A stretch of DNA of 63,382 nucleotides, filler included. It is 3 parts of 3 records of this genome, joined end to end, with 100 filler letters (N's around TTAATTAATTAA, not from the genome) between each part and the next. Parts side by side here need not be neighbours in the genome. Positions count along the whole stretch, not along the records: positions 30,473 to 55,790 come from DRR378314_119; 2 more parts are not named here. One strand, given 5' to 3'. The translations under genes and the position numbers were made by a program. Under the pieces are notes generated by a model, which saw nothing but the letters and a program-made list of their open reading frames with translations, did no database searches and was not told where the DNA came from. Shown here piece after piece: positions 38,048 to 48,108 of the stretch (position 1 is the first letter of the stretch; each line of letters begins with the position of its first letter).

Positions 38048-38072
38048 ATTTCACAACATTTTCATGACACAA
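38048..38072 (-). promoter_or_regulatory. Possible degenerate Pho box upstream of ugpB
   Basis: Minus strand GTGTCATgaaaATGTTGTgaaa shows 11-nt periodicity. ugp is a classical PhoB target. Confidence 0.35.
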
Positions 38073-38219
38073 GAGAAATTTACCAAAGCGGCATGGGGGA
38101 ATCGCCGTAAATCACGTGAAACCCCCTATCCCATTGCTTTTAAATCTCTTAAAATATGTCAGAACATCGCAGAGATTTTGCCCATGATTGGTGCGACCGA
38201 AGAGAATCGAATCAAAAAC

Positions 38220-38627
38220 ATGCCTGCTGTGCCCCCGGATATCCTGCCCGCGTTTGAAAAGTTCGGTGCAAGGCAACGTGCCGTCTTACTGACCCTGCGC
38301 CAGATGATTTTTGACGTTGCGCAGTCAGATCCACGCATCGGCTCGCTGGAAGAGGCGCTGCGTTGGGGCGAACCCGCCTATCTGACCAGCCAGAATAAAA
38401 CCGGCAGCACAATCCGCCTTGGCGTTGAAAAAACATCCGGCCTGCCCGCGTTATTTTTCAACTGCAACACCTCCCTTGTCGAAGGGTTTCGTCAACAATT
38501 TGGCAACGCGCTAAAATACTCAAAAAACCGGGCGGTTCTTGTGGACACAACCGAGGGTCAGACCAACGACGCATTGCGCCTTTGTATCGCCGCCGCACTG
38601 ACCTACCATCTGCGCAAAAAGACCTAG
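38220..38627 (+). CDS. DUF1801/YdhG-like protein
   Basis: LRQMIFDVA..LEEALRWGEPAY..GSTIRL..FNCNTSLV..ALTYH. Confidence 0.85.
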   Translation: MPAVPPDILPAFEKFGARQRAVLLTLRQMIFDVAQSDPRIGSLEEALRWGEPAYLTSQNKTGSTIRLGVEKTSGLPALFFNCNTSLVEGFRQQFGNALKYSKNRAVLVDTTEGQTNDALRLCIAAALTYHLRKKT

Positions 38628-40051
38628 GGCACCCGCGCCCAGAACGAAGATTTATGTTTGTGCCGCGTGCGCAGATAGCTTTCGAAATCCGCATGTGCGG
38701 GAAAACGGCCATAGTCCGTCAGTTCAAGATCCGCAGCGATGCAATCCATCAGATGATCCGCCGCATGGCCGTATCGGGTCGTTCGCCCCTCTCCCAAAAC
38801 ATGATCAATCATCGCCCGCCACAACAGCACCGCCGCACGGGGATGCCTGTCGCGCAAGGCCTCGGCGGCGGGGGTTAACAACTGGTAATGGTTGCCGTCC
38901 AGTTCCTCGGCACGGTCCTCAACCAGTTTGGCAGCAAAGATCAGGTCAGGCCAGTCGAGGAAAAACCGCAAGGACGTGGCCATGTCGTCAAACTGCAAGG
39001 CATGGGCCTTGGCCTCGTCTTCCACTTCGACATCTTCAAAATCAGGCAGCACTTTCAGGTAGTCGCGCAAAACACCGGCATCCAGCGTTGCACAGAACAC
39101 CGACCATCGGTGCGTCTGCGCCTCCTCCAGTCGCTCCATCCCCAGCAGGCAGGCGATGTACGCAGTATCCCAACGCAAATCATCCTCCCGACGCTGGCTC
39201 AGATCGACACCGGTCAACACCGCAAGCCCCGCCTCGGCCCGGCCTTCGCTCAGGTGCAGCTCTGCCACTTCTGCGGCGATATGCGGGCGGGTCAGTTCCG
39301 CCGCAGAATACTGCGCAACATAGGCATCCGTATCACCTTCAGCGGCAGCAATTTCCTGAAGGCTTTGTTTGATCAGGCGTGATTTCTGCTCTGCAGCATA
39401 GTTACCACCACTGCTGCGCAGATCGCGTAGAAACTGGATGGCGGCATGACCCTCCGGTTCTTCCACCGGGGTTTGCGCATGTGCCTGCACCAAATGTTTG
39501 AGCTGCTCCAGCCCCGCTGCGCCCAGTGTCGGTGCCATCAGGCCAATGATCCCATCAAAGGCACCATATGCGTTGTCACGCTGCGCATCCCAGACCCGCG
39601 CCGCAAGGGTTTGAGGGTTCAGACCGGCGCGCGGTGCGATCTCTTCAAGCTGCGCCAATGCCGCGCGAAACACATCACCCACATCTCCCCGGCTGTCGTC
39701 AACACGTTCATAAACCGAGGGGGCCAGATCGATAAATTCCCACAATAGATCAAAGGCCACATCAGGTGCCTCCGGCGCGATCTTATCGGTGATCATCTCT
39801 GATTGGGTCGCCAGATCCTTGATCAGCGCCTTGCGTCTGCGCCATCCGACAAAACTGGTGGACCGCCGGATTGAGGCCAGACGTTTGCGCACGTCGCGGG
39901 CCAATTCGCCGGGGCCAAGGTTATGGCTCAATTCCAGCCGCAAGCGCCGTTTGATCTCGGCGCTGCCGGTGCTGACCTCGATCAGCAGATCAGCCAGAGT
40001 TTGCGCGCCTAGGGCCGCCAGATTTTCCGCGTTCAGAGTTTTCTTCGACAT
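38624..40051 (-). CDS. DUF6880-like helical protein
   Basis: TLNAENLAALGA..LADLL, ERVDDSRG.VGDVF and C-terminal HKHKSSFW. Confidence 0.75.
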   Translation of the reverse strand: MSKKTLNAENLAALGAQTLADLLIEVSTGSAEIKRRLRLELSHNLGPGELARDVRKRLASIRRSTSFVGWRRRKALIKDLATQSEMITDKIAPEAPDVAFDLLWEFIDLAPSVYERVDDSRGDVGDVFRAALAQLEEIAPRAGLNPQTLAARVWDAQRDNAYGAFDGIIGLMAPTLGAAGLEQLKHLVQAHAQTPVEEPEGHAAIQFLRDLRSSGGNYAAEQKSRLIKQSLQEIAAAEGDTDAYVAQYSAAELTRPHIAAEVAELHLSEGRAEAGLAVLTGVDLSQRREDDLRWDTAYIACLLGMERLEEAQTHRWSVFCATLDAGVLRDYLKVLPDFEDVEVEDEAKAHALQFDDMATSLRFFLDWPDLIFAAKLVEDRAEELDGNHYQLLTPAAEALRDRHPRAAVLLWRAMIDHVLGEGRTTRYGHAADHLMDCIAADLELTDYGRFPAHADFESYLRTRHKHKSSFWARVP

Positions 40052-40092
40052 GGCGATATCTTCGCATCCGTGCAGCGATATAGAAAGGGCAC

Positions 40093-41145
40093 TCAGCGTC
40101 TCTTGCGCCGTCCTTGCGGTTTCTTATTGCCGCGTGGCCCTGTGGTTGTGGGAGTATTGTCGCGGTTTTCCTCGGCCAGTTTACGCCAGCGTTCAAGCCG
40201 TTCCGGCGCAACATCACCCGCCGCAACCCCTGCCTGTACAGCGCACCCCGGTTCATGGGCATGGGTACAGTCGCGAAATTTACACTCGGGGGCCAGTTCG
40301 GTGATCTCGGCAAACAAGATATCCAGACCGACGGCAAGATCGCTGACGTGCAATGTACGGATGCCGGGTGTGTCAATCACACAGCCACCGGCCTGCGTGG
40401 TATGCAACGAGCGCGCGGTGGTGGTGTGACGACCCTTTGCATCATCCTCGCGAATGCCGCCCGTGGCCTGAACGTCTTCGCCCGTTTTATTCGCAAGCGT
40501 GTTCAGCAAGGTTGATTTACCAACACCGGAGGACCCAACCAGCGCCACCGTTTGCCCCGGACCACACCAGGGGGCCAGCGTATCCGCCGCCTGGGTCGCC
40601 TTGGCATTCAAGGTGACCACGGGCAGCCCCCGTTGCAGGGCCGCGGCCTGATCAACAAAGGGCGCGGTATCGTCTGCCTGATCTGCTTTCGTCAGGACGA
40701 TCACCGGGTCAGTGCCCGCCTCATTTGCAAGCGCCAGATAGCGTTCCAGCCGCGCGGCATTGAAATCATCATTGCAAGAGGTCACGATAAACAGCGTATC
40801 AACATTGGCCGCAATCAGCTGCGGCAGATGTGCCCCTTCGGTCTTGCGCTGCAACAGCGCGCGCCGATCCAGACACCGGACAAACATTAGGGTCTCAGGA
40901 TCGGTCAGCACCCAATCACCGACGGCAAAATCCGTGGTTTTCGACGCAGCAGGCAAGTTCACCTTTACCGGCCCCGAGGCCCCTTCAGCGGTCAGGCGCG
41001 AACGATGCACCGTCGCGATGCGCAAAGGGGTAAGCCCTGTTTCATCACGACCCACCTGATCGGCAAAGAAGCTGGACCAGCCAAGGGCGGTCAAGGGAGG
41101 GTGAGTATGATTTGATGGCTTTGACACAGGAACCTGAATGCGCAT
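40093..41145 (-). CDS. rsgA: Ribosome small subunit-dependent GTPase (RsgA family; start uncertain)
   Basis: TKAD, GSSGVGKSTL, GRHTT, DTPG and CKFRDCTHAHEPGCAV. Confidence 0.93.
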   Translation of the reverse strand: MRIQVPVSKPSNHTHPPLTALGWSSFFADQVGRDETGLTPLRIATVHRSRLTAEGASGPVKVNLPAASKTTDFAVGDWVLTDPETLMFVRCLDRRALLQRKTEGAHLPQLIAANVDTLFIVTSCNDDFNAARLERYLALANEAGTDPVIVLTKADQADDTAPFVDQAAALQRGLPVVTLNAKATQAADTLAPWCGPGQTVALVGSSGVGKSTLLNTLANKTGEDVQATGGIREDDAKGRHTTTARSLHTTQAGGCVIDTPGIRTLHVSDLAVGLDILFAEITELAPECKFRDCTHAHEPGCAVQAGVAAGDVAPERLERWRKLAEENRDNTPTTTGPRGNKKPQGRRKRR

Positions 41146-41220
41146 GAAGCGGCCATGATGCAAGTCTTTGATGAGATTCCGCCGTTTTGCCCCTGCTGCG
41201 GACGACCCATTGTCACCGCG

Positions 41221-42795
41221 TTACAGCATCACCTCGATCAGATTGGGCCCACCGCTGGCCAGCCCATCCGCCAGTGCATTCTCCAGCCCATCACACTCTG
41301 TGACCCGCACCGCATCCACCCCCATTGAACGGGACATCTGCACCCAATCCAGCGCCGGACGGTCAAGGCTTAGCATGTCAATGGCGCGTGGACCGGGGTT
41401 GCCGACACCCACATTGGTCAACTCGCCCCGCAGGATCTGATAGCTGCGGTTGGCAAAGATCAGTACCGTTACATCAAGGTTTTCCCGCGCCATGGTCCAG
41501 AGCGATTGCACCGTGTACATGGCAGAGCCATCGCCAGTCAGACAGAGCACCTTGCGATCGGGACAGGCGACGGCAGCACCAATTGCCGCTGGAAGGCCAT
41601 AGCCGATGGAACCGCCGCAGTTGTTCAGCCAAGTGTGTTTCGCGGCGCCCTTGGTAGCAGGTGAAAACGCGCGTCCCGTGGTCACGGATTCATCCACCAC
41701 AATGGCATTTTCAGGAATGGCACGGGCGATCATCGCGGCCAGATTATCCAGATCAATCGGCCCCTCAGGGCGCTCTGGCGTAAAGGGCTCTGCAACATGG
41801 GCGGGCGGCGTTGTGGTTGCATCAGTCGCATCTGCCAGCGCCGCAAGCGCTGCGCTCAGGTCCGCGCCCGCACCGGCCAGGGTCAGTATTTCAGCACCAT
41901 CACGGGTCAGGATGGCAGGTTTGCCGGGATAGGCGAAAAACCCGATGGGCGCGCGCGCGCCGACCAGCACGATGCGTTTGAACGGCTTTAGCACCTCCAG
42001 CGCAATGTCGATGGGGTAAGGCACACGGCCCACAAACACACGTCCCGCGCCCCGTTCCAGCCGTGCGTTCGACCATTCCGACAGGATCTTGCAGCCGGTC
42101 TTGGCGGCAATGCGCCCCGCGGTTTCCAGATTGCTTTCGGTCAAGGCACCGCCCCCCAGCAGCAGCAGGGTCTCTGGGCCGTCAAGCGCGCCAACCGCCT
42201 GTGCAAGCTGGCTTTGATCAAAGGGGGCCGTTGCGAACAGTTCAATTGCATCCTGCGCCACCCCACCGCTGTTCCAGGCCGTGTCACTTGGCAAGATTAA
42301 GGTGGCAATCTGGCCTGGCGCAATCATCGCGGCCTGTACCGCCTCGGCGGCGTCCGTGCCCACGGTTTCAGATGACGCCGAGCTACGCACCCAATGCGAG
42401 ACGGGGCGGGCAATTCCTTCGATATCAGACGTCAGCGGCGCATCAAGTTCTATATGGGTCGAGGCATGTTCACCCACGATATTCACCACCCCCGAACCGG
42501 CCTTCTTTGCGTTATGCAGATTGGACAAGCCGTTTGCCAGACCGGGACCAAGGTGCAGCAGGGTCGAGGCGGGTTTGCCCGCCATCCGGTAATAGCCATC
42601 CGCCGCCCCTGTCGCGACCCCCTCTTGCAGGGCCAGCACGGACCGCATGCCCGGAATGTGATCAAGCGCAGCCACAAAATGCATTTCCGAAGTACCGGGA
42701 TTGGTAAAACAAACATCCACACCATTGGCCAACAGAGTATGCACTAGGCTTTCGGCACCGTTCATTTTTTGCGCTGACAGCGGCTTATCTTTCAC
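41221..42795 (-). CDS. ThDP-dependent enzyme (acetolactate synthase-like / benzoylformate decarboxylase superfamily)
   Basis: FTNPGTSEMH, EGVATGAADGY and GDGSAMY...N. A GTG start overlaps the ligase stop (alternative ATG at 42765). Confidence 0.9.
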   Translation of the reverse strand: MKDKPLSAQKMNGAESLVHTLLANGVDVCFTNPGTSEMHFVAALDHIPGMRSVLALQEGVATGAADGYYRMAGKPASTLLHLGPGLANGLSNLHNAKKAGSGVVNIVGEHASTHIELDAPLTSDIEGIARPVSHWVRSSASSETVGTDAAEAVQAAMIAPGQIATLILPSDTAWNSGGVAQDAIELFATAPFDQSQLAQAVGALDGPETLLLLGGGALTESNLETAGRIAAKTGCKILSEWSNARLERGAGRVFVGRVPYPIDIALEVLKPFKRIVLVGARAPIGFFAYPGKPAILTRDGAEILTLAGAGADLSAALAALADATDATTTPPAHVAEPFTPERPEGPIDLDNLAAMIARAIPENAIVVDESVTTGRAFSPATKGAAKHTWLNNCGGSIGYGLPAAIGAAVACPDRKVLCLTGDGSAMYTVQSLWTMARENLDVTVLIFANRSYQILRGELTNVGVGNPGPRAIDMLSLDRPALDWVQMSRSMGVDAVRVTECDGLENALADGLASGGPNLIEVML

Positions 42796-44360
42796 AGGGT
42801 TTCCTTTTCCCAATAAGGGGCACGCAGATCTTTCTTGAGGATCTTGCCGATGGTACTGCGCGGCAAGGTGTCACGGATTTCGACCTGCGACAATCGTTGG
42901 CTTTTGCCCAACCGTGCATTGGCGCTGTCCAGAATATCCGCCGCGCTTCGCCCCGCGGAGGGCCGACAGACCACCAGCCCCAGCGGGGTCTCGCCCCATG
43001 CCTCGGAGGGCACACCAATCACGGCCGCATCAATCACATCTTCGTCTTGCAGCAGCACCAATTCCAGATCATTGGCATAGATGTTCAGACCGCCCGATAT
43101 GATCATGTCCTTCTTGCGGTCCGACAGGATCAGAAAGCCATCCGCATCAAAATAGCCCATGTCGCCAGAGCGGAAATAAACCTGCCCTTCCGCGTTGCGC
43201 CAAATGTAGTCCGCGGTCAGATCGTCACGGCCAAAATACCCCGACATCATTGTCGGTCCGCGACCACAGATCTCACCCACCTCACCCTGTGGCACTTCCT
43301 GACCATCCACGTCGATCAGCCGGATGTCATTACCCGGGGTCGGCTTGCCCACTGTATGTAACTTGTCCGGGAACTCATCCGCCGCCAGCACGGTCACACC
43401 GCCCCCTTCGGTCAAGCCGTAATACTCCAACAGGCGGCCCGGAAAGCGGGCCAGCACATCTTGCTTCACATCCGCACGCAAAGGTGCCGAGGTCGAGAAT
43501 TTGACCCGCATTGAAGACAGATCAAAGCTGTCAAAATCGGGCACATCCATGATCCGTTTATATTGCACCGGCACCAGCATCGTATGGGTTATCCGGTCCC
43601 GTTCAACGATTTGCAAATACTCCCGTGCATCGAATTTGGGCATCAGATATACCGTCGATCCGCCAAACAAGGTGGGCAGAAAGGCGACAATGGTGGTGTT
43701 GGAATAAAGCGGCGTCGAAATCAGCGTGCGGGCGTTATCGTCATAGCCATTGGGCGAAACCCGCTCCATCTGGGCGGCGCGCATCCAGTGGTTGTGCAAA
43801 ATCCCCTTGGGCGTGCCGGTGGTGCCGGAGGAATAAATCAGGTTGAACGGATCGGACAGGTCAACCGCGATCATCGGATCAGTGTCAGGGACGCTGTCTA
43901 AAGCGGTTTCATAGTCATCGAATCCTGCCTGTTCAAAATCGATTGCAAACCGCGCCAACGGCAGTTCACCGATGAACCCCGCCACCAGCTCCTGATATTG
44001 CGCCGCCACAAAAATCGCCTTGGCTCGGCTATCTGTCAGCATCTTGTGCAGCGCATCGGGCGACGCCATGGAGGACAGCGGTGTCACACAGCCCCCCGCC
44101 CGCAGAATGCCCATGAACAATTCTGCGTAAGCGATGGAATTGGCCGAAATCACCGCCACATTGTCGCCCTTGCACAGCCCCTGTGCCAGCAGCAGGTTGG
44201 CAACCCTGTTGATGCGTCTGTCAAATGCCCCCCAGGTGACCGAAGTATCACCACAGACCAGTGCCAGCCGGTCAGGATGCGCCACCGCATTGCTGCGCAG
44301 GCGGGCGACGATGGTTTCGGTGGGCGGTGTTTCGGTGACGGCAGGCGTGATCGGTATCAT
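42792..44360 (-). CDS. Acyl-CoA synthetase (class I adenylate-forming)
   Basis: YSSGTTGTPKG, YGLTE, SGDMG, DRKKDMIISGG and GKILK. Confidence 0.94.
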   Translation of the reverse strand: MIPITPAVTETPPTETIVARLRSNAVAHPDRLALVCGDTSVTWGAFDRRINRVANLLLAQGLCKGDNVAVISANSIAYAELFMGILRAGGCVTPLSSMASPDALHKMLTDSRAKAIFVAAQYQELVAGFIGELPLARFAIDFEQAGFDDYETALDSVPDTDPMIAVDLSDPFNLIYSSGTTGTPKGILHNHWMRAAQMERVSPNGYDDNARTLISTPLYSNTTIVAFLPTLFGGSTVYLMPKFDAREYLQIVERDRITHTMLVPVQYKRIMDVPDFDSFDLSSMRVKFSTSAPLRADVKQDVLARFPGRLLEYYGLTEGGGVTVLAADEFPDKLHTVGKPTPGNDIRLIDVDGQEVPQGEVGEICGRGPTMMSGYFGRDDLTADYIWRNAEGQVYFRSGDMGYFDADGFLILSDRKKDMIISGGLNIYANDLELVLLQDEDVIDAAVIGVPSEAWGETPLGLVVCRPSAGRSAADILDSANARLGKSQRLSQVEIRDTLPRSTIGKILKKDLRAPYWEKETL

Positions 44361-44365
44361 CTGTC

Positions 44366-46360
44366 TCAGGCTGGGTTCGGGCCAGCGGCATTGCTGCGCC
44401 AGGCGATGAACATTGGCAGGGCACATAGGGCGGCCCCAAGGAGGAAAGAGGCGAGATAGCCCAGATTGACCAATGCGGTCTGCGGCATGGCAATCAACAC
44501 GCCGCCACAGAACAACAGGATGCGCAACGGCATACCTGCACTGCCTTCCAGCGGACCAACAAGGCTGATGTACCCCTGTAACGCAGAAGAAATCATCGCA
44601 ACGCCAATCAGGGCCGAGGTCAACGCCACAGCCACTTCCCACGCCGGGGCCTGCCCGATCAACGCGGGGTTCAGCACAAAGAAGAACGGTGCGATATAGA
44701 TGACGCCGCCAAGGCGCATCGCCTCAAACCCGGTTGCAATAGGGTTGGACCCGGCCATGGTCGACGCAGCAAAGGCCCCCAGTGCCACCGGCGGCGTGAT
44801 ATAGCTGACCATACCCCAATAGAGAATGAACAGATGCACCGCGAGGGTGTTCAACCCGCCCGCCTCCAGCGCTGGTGCCAGCACCACAGCAAGGAAGATA
44901 TAGCAGGCCGTCACCGTCATCCCCATGCCAAAGATAAACGCGGTCAGCGCGCCCATTGCCAACAGCACAAGCGTGTTGTCACCGGCCATAAAGACCAACT
45001 CGTTCACCAGCGTTCCGGCAAGGCCGGTGGCGGAAAACGACCCAACGATCAGCCCCACACCCAGCAGGATTGCCGTCAACTCGGCCAGCCCCATGCCAAC
45101 CCCGACAATCATATTGCCCAGCCGTTGTTTGTTCAGGCGGAACCGGGCGCGGAACTGGTTCACCACCAGCAGCAACGCTGTCGCATAAAATGGCGCGGAG
45201 GATTCTTGACGCAGGCCGATCATCATATAGAGCAGCAGGGCAAAGACAAAAATATAGGGCCAGCCCTCTGTCATCACTTCCTTGAGGCGCGGCAGATCTG
45301 GGCGCGGCAATCCGCGCAGCCCGCGTTTGGCGGCATAGGCATCGATGCCGGTGAACAGCCCCCAATAAAACAGGATGCTGGGAATGGCGGCGGCAAGGGC
45401 GATTTCGACGTAAGGACGCGAGAGGAAGGACGCCATGATGAAAGCGGTGGCCCCCATGATGGGTGGCATCAACACGCCACCGGTAGAAGCGCAGGCCTCT
45501 GTCGCAGCGGCGGTTTTTGCACTGAAACCGGTTTTGCGCATGGCGGGGATTGAAACTGCGCCAGTGGTCAGCACGTTCGAAATGACAGAGCCGGACATTG
45601 ATCCCATGAACCCGCTGGCAAAGATCGACACTTTGGCCGCACCACCACGATACCCGCCGACAAGACCAAGTGCCAGATCGTTAAAGAACTGCCCGCCGCC
45701 GGTGCGCTGCAACACTGCGCCAAACAGGATAAACCCGATCACCACGCCGCCAAAGGCCTTCATCGGGATGCCAAACGAACTTTCGGCAGAGAAGATGTGA
45801 TAGGGTACGGTTTGCATGAAGGTGCTTTGAAACCCGGAAAACGGGTCAGGCACATGACCCGCGAATGTGGGGTAGAAGGCAAAGAAACACACGATCAGAA
45901 ACAGGACTAAACCGCCTGCACGCCGTGTCGCTTCGAGGATCAGAAAGAAGAAAACGACCGAGACATATTGCGCCATTTGCGGCGCCGCATATTCCCAGCC
46001 CTGAGACAGATTCACCTGCGCTGTTTGCGCCAGATATCCGGTGCAGGCCAGGGATAGGGCGAACAGAAGCCAGTCCAACAAGGAAGGCACACCGCCCTTG
46101 CCGCCACGCATCTGGAAAATCAGGAAACTCAGTGCCAGAAACAGGCCGCCAAGGATATAGAGGTACCGCCCTTCGATCAGGACAAGTCCCATAATTTGAA
46201 GGTTAAACAGCTGGTTAATCACCAAAACCAATGATAGCAACGTGCCGGTTACGACAACCCAGCGGGCGGGTCCGGCCAGACGCTCTGCGGGGGTTTCCCC
46301 ATCAATGGCAACCTGTTCGGCCCCTGCGGGCAAGGGAGTTGGGGCGTTTGAATCTGACAT
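44366..46360 (-). CDS. TRAP transporter fused 4TM/12TM permease (TAXI type)
   Basis: GGAAKVSIFASGFMGSMSGS, ASTGGVLMPPIMGA and ITPPVALGAF. Confidence 0.93.
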   Translation of the reverse strand: MSDSNAPTPLPAGAEQVAIDGETPAERLAGPARWVVVTGTLLSLVLVINQLFNLQIMGLVLIEGRYLYILGGLFLALSFLIFQMRGGKGGVPSLLDWLLFALSLACTGYLAQTAQVNLSQGWEYAAPQMAQYVSVVFFFLILEATRRAGGLVLFLIVCFFAFYPTFAGHVPDPFSGFQSTFMQTVPYHIFSAESSFGIPMKAFGGVVIGFILFGAVLQRTGGGQFFNDLALGLVGGYRGGAAKVSIFASGFMGSMSGSVISNVLTTGAVSIPAMRKTGFSAKTAAATEACASTGGVLMPPIMGATAFIMASFLSRPYVEIALAAAIPSILFYWGLFTGIDAYAAKRGLRGLPRPDLPRLKEVMTEGWPYIFVFALLLYMMIGLRQESSAPFYATALLLVVNQFRARFRLNKQRLGNMIVGVGMGLAELTAILLGVGLIVGSFSATGLAGTLVNELVFMAGDNTLVLLAMGALTAFIFGMGMTVTACYIFLAVVLAPALEAGGLNTLAVHLFILYWGMVSYITPPVALGAFAASTMAGSNPIATGFEAMRLGGVIYIAPFFFVLNPALIGQAPAWEVAVALTSALIGVAMISSALQGYISLVGPLEGSAGMPLRILLFCGGVLIAMPQTALVNLGYLASFLLGAALCALPMFIAWRSNAAGPNPA

Positions 46361-46438
46361 TGGGGATACTCTTGTCTAAAACAATACAGGGCAAACCGGC
46401 CAGCATAAATGCCAGCCGGTTTCCGTTAGCTCTGTGGA

Positions 46439-47575
46439 TCAAAAGACGACTTTAAATCCACCGTCAGCCAGCGCCTTGCGTCGGGCTTCGCTCCAGGCGG
46501 CTTCCCAATCTGCGGGTGCCGCTGCTTTGGTTGCTTCCCATGCGGCGGCCAAGGCCGCCTGACGTGCAACCAGATTGTCGTTATGCGCCTGCGCGGAGTC
46601 AGACCAGACACCCTGTTCTTTATAATAACGGATCGCCCCCTCATGGTAGGGAACAACCCATTCCATGTTCTGCTTGTCCATCGCCCAACCGCCGATGCCG
46701 GGTGAATTGCCATCATATTTCGGGAACAGCTCAACCATCGCTTTGGTCATGTTATAAACCAGGTCAGCTTCTGTTGCTTCCATTGCCGTCAGCACCGGAT
46801 AGGCATAGCCCGCCCCCTGGTATCCATCTGTGCCATCAATGGTGGCACCCACTTTGGCTTTGTTCAGCTGGAAGAACGGTGCCACGCTCTGAAGTGCGGC
46901 AAACCCTTCGGTATTGGCCGGATCAACCGGCGGCCAGAACAGACCGCGCGGGCCCGCTTCTGCCTCATAGGCCTTGCCCGAGTTGGTAGAGGCAAATGCC
47001 GCATCTACCTGACCTTCGATCAGCCCGGTCCAGCTTGCGCCGAAACCGCCGAAATCAACACGCTCAACATCATCCCAGGTCAGACCACCATAGGCGAGAT
47101 AGGCCTCTGTGTTGACGTTAAGCGCTGGTGCGCCAACGATATAGGCCACACGTTTGCCCTTGAGGTCGGCATAGGTTTCGATCCCCAGATCACCTGCAAC
47201 CCCAACCGAAAGGTTGATCGCACCACCGTTGTTCGCCATCAGGACGCGCACCGGCTGTGGCCCCCAGTTCTCTGTGCCGAAATCAAACACGCCCTCTTGC
47301 GCCATAAAGCTGCCGCCAACACCTGTTGCAGAAAACTGCACACGGCCCTGCCGCAATGGCTCTGTGCGGGATACATCGTTTTTGCCCGGCAGCACACGTA
47401 GGTTCACACCAGCAGCATCTTGCAGCGCCGCACCAATTGCCACAGCTTGGTTATATCCAGCAGAGCCGGTGCCATAAGCTGTCCAGCTCATTTGCTTTGG
47501 CAATTCAAAGTCTGCCGCCATCGCCATCGAGCCTGAAAGACCCAGCACGGCAATCGCCGAAGTAAGATAGTTCAT
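46439..47575 (-). CDS. TAXI-family TRAP solute receptor
   Basis: Signal peptide, DLKGKRV, DLVYNMTKA and PYHEGAIRYYKE. A GGGAGG RBS precedes it and a hairpin (46390-46425) follows. Confidence 0.9.
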   Translation of the reverse strand: MNYLTSAIAVLGLSGSMAMAADFELPKQMSWTAYGTGSAGYNQAVAIGAALQDAAGVNLRVLPGKNDVSRTEPLRQGRVQFSATGVGGSFMAQEGVFDFGTENWGPQPVRVLMANNGGAINLSVGVAGDLGIETYADLKGKRVAYIVGAPALNVNTEAYLAYGGLTWDDVERVDFGGFGASWTGLIEGQVDAAFASTNSGKAYEAEAGPRGLFWPPVDPANTEGFAALQSVAPFFQLNKAKVGATIDGTDGYQGAGYAYPVLTAMEATEADLVYNMTKAMVELFPKYDGNSPGIGGWAMDKQNMEWVVPYHEGAIRYYKEQGVWSDSAQAHNDNLVARQAALAAAWEATKAAAPADWEAAWSEARRKALADGGFKVVF

Positions 47576-47650
47576 GATCATCCTCCCAAATATTTCCCGA
47601 CCTGTCTGCGCAAGCATCGGGCATGGCGGCGATGCAATTCTTGAAACATC

Positions 47651-47667
47651 GTTCCGCTATGTGGATC
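47651..47667. promoter_or_regulatory. IclR-like operator upstream of the TAXI operon
   Basis: Imperfect palindrome GTTCCGCTATGTGGATC, immediately downstream of a minus-strand TTGACT-N18-TATCGT promoter-like sequence. Confidence 0.4.
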
Positions 47668-48074
47668 ACGATAGAGAGGTTGGCTTTGCCGAGTCAACAC
47701 AACTTCGGGCGTGATGCGGGGCGTTTCTTGGTCTCTTCACCCTGTTGTTTTGCACAGAGAAATAAGGGGGAAACGCCACGTTCGACCCTTGCAATTTTTG
47801 AGGGTCCGCCCTGCCATCCACTCAATTCTTGCGGGAGATTTCGTAAGCCCCCTATGGAATCTGATCCGAGAGGAGAATCTGCAAGTGATCATCAGTCACC
47901 ACCGCCAGCAAGGGACCAGGCACCTCGCCGGTTCCACGTCAGATACTGCCTAGCAACTCAACCACCCAAACCCAGCGGCATCTTCAACAGGCAGATTCAC
48001 TCGGTGTTAATAAAGAATGTTTGAAAAGAAATTGACGCAGCGGGAATTGCGGGGCAGGCTATTTTCCGTAACGC

Positions 48075-48093
48075 CGGTTCAATAAATGAACCG
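48075..48093. promoter_or_regulatory. Palindromic operator upstream of tctC
   Basis: CGGTTCA-ataaa-TGAACCG just before the RBS. Confidence 0.5.
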
Positions 48094-48108
48094 AATAGGG
48101 GAGAGAAC

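Noticed and set aside
41221..42795. Biosynthetic ilvB/ilvI assignment
   Set aside because: No ilvH/ilvC nearby, the motifs are of the NPGTSE type, and the operon context is catabolic.
47700..48030. Possible gene or regulator remnant between the TAXI and tct operons
   Set aside because: No frame yields recognisable motifs, so it cannot be supported.
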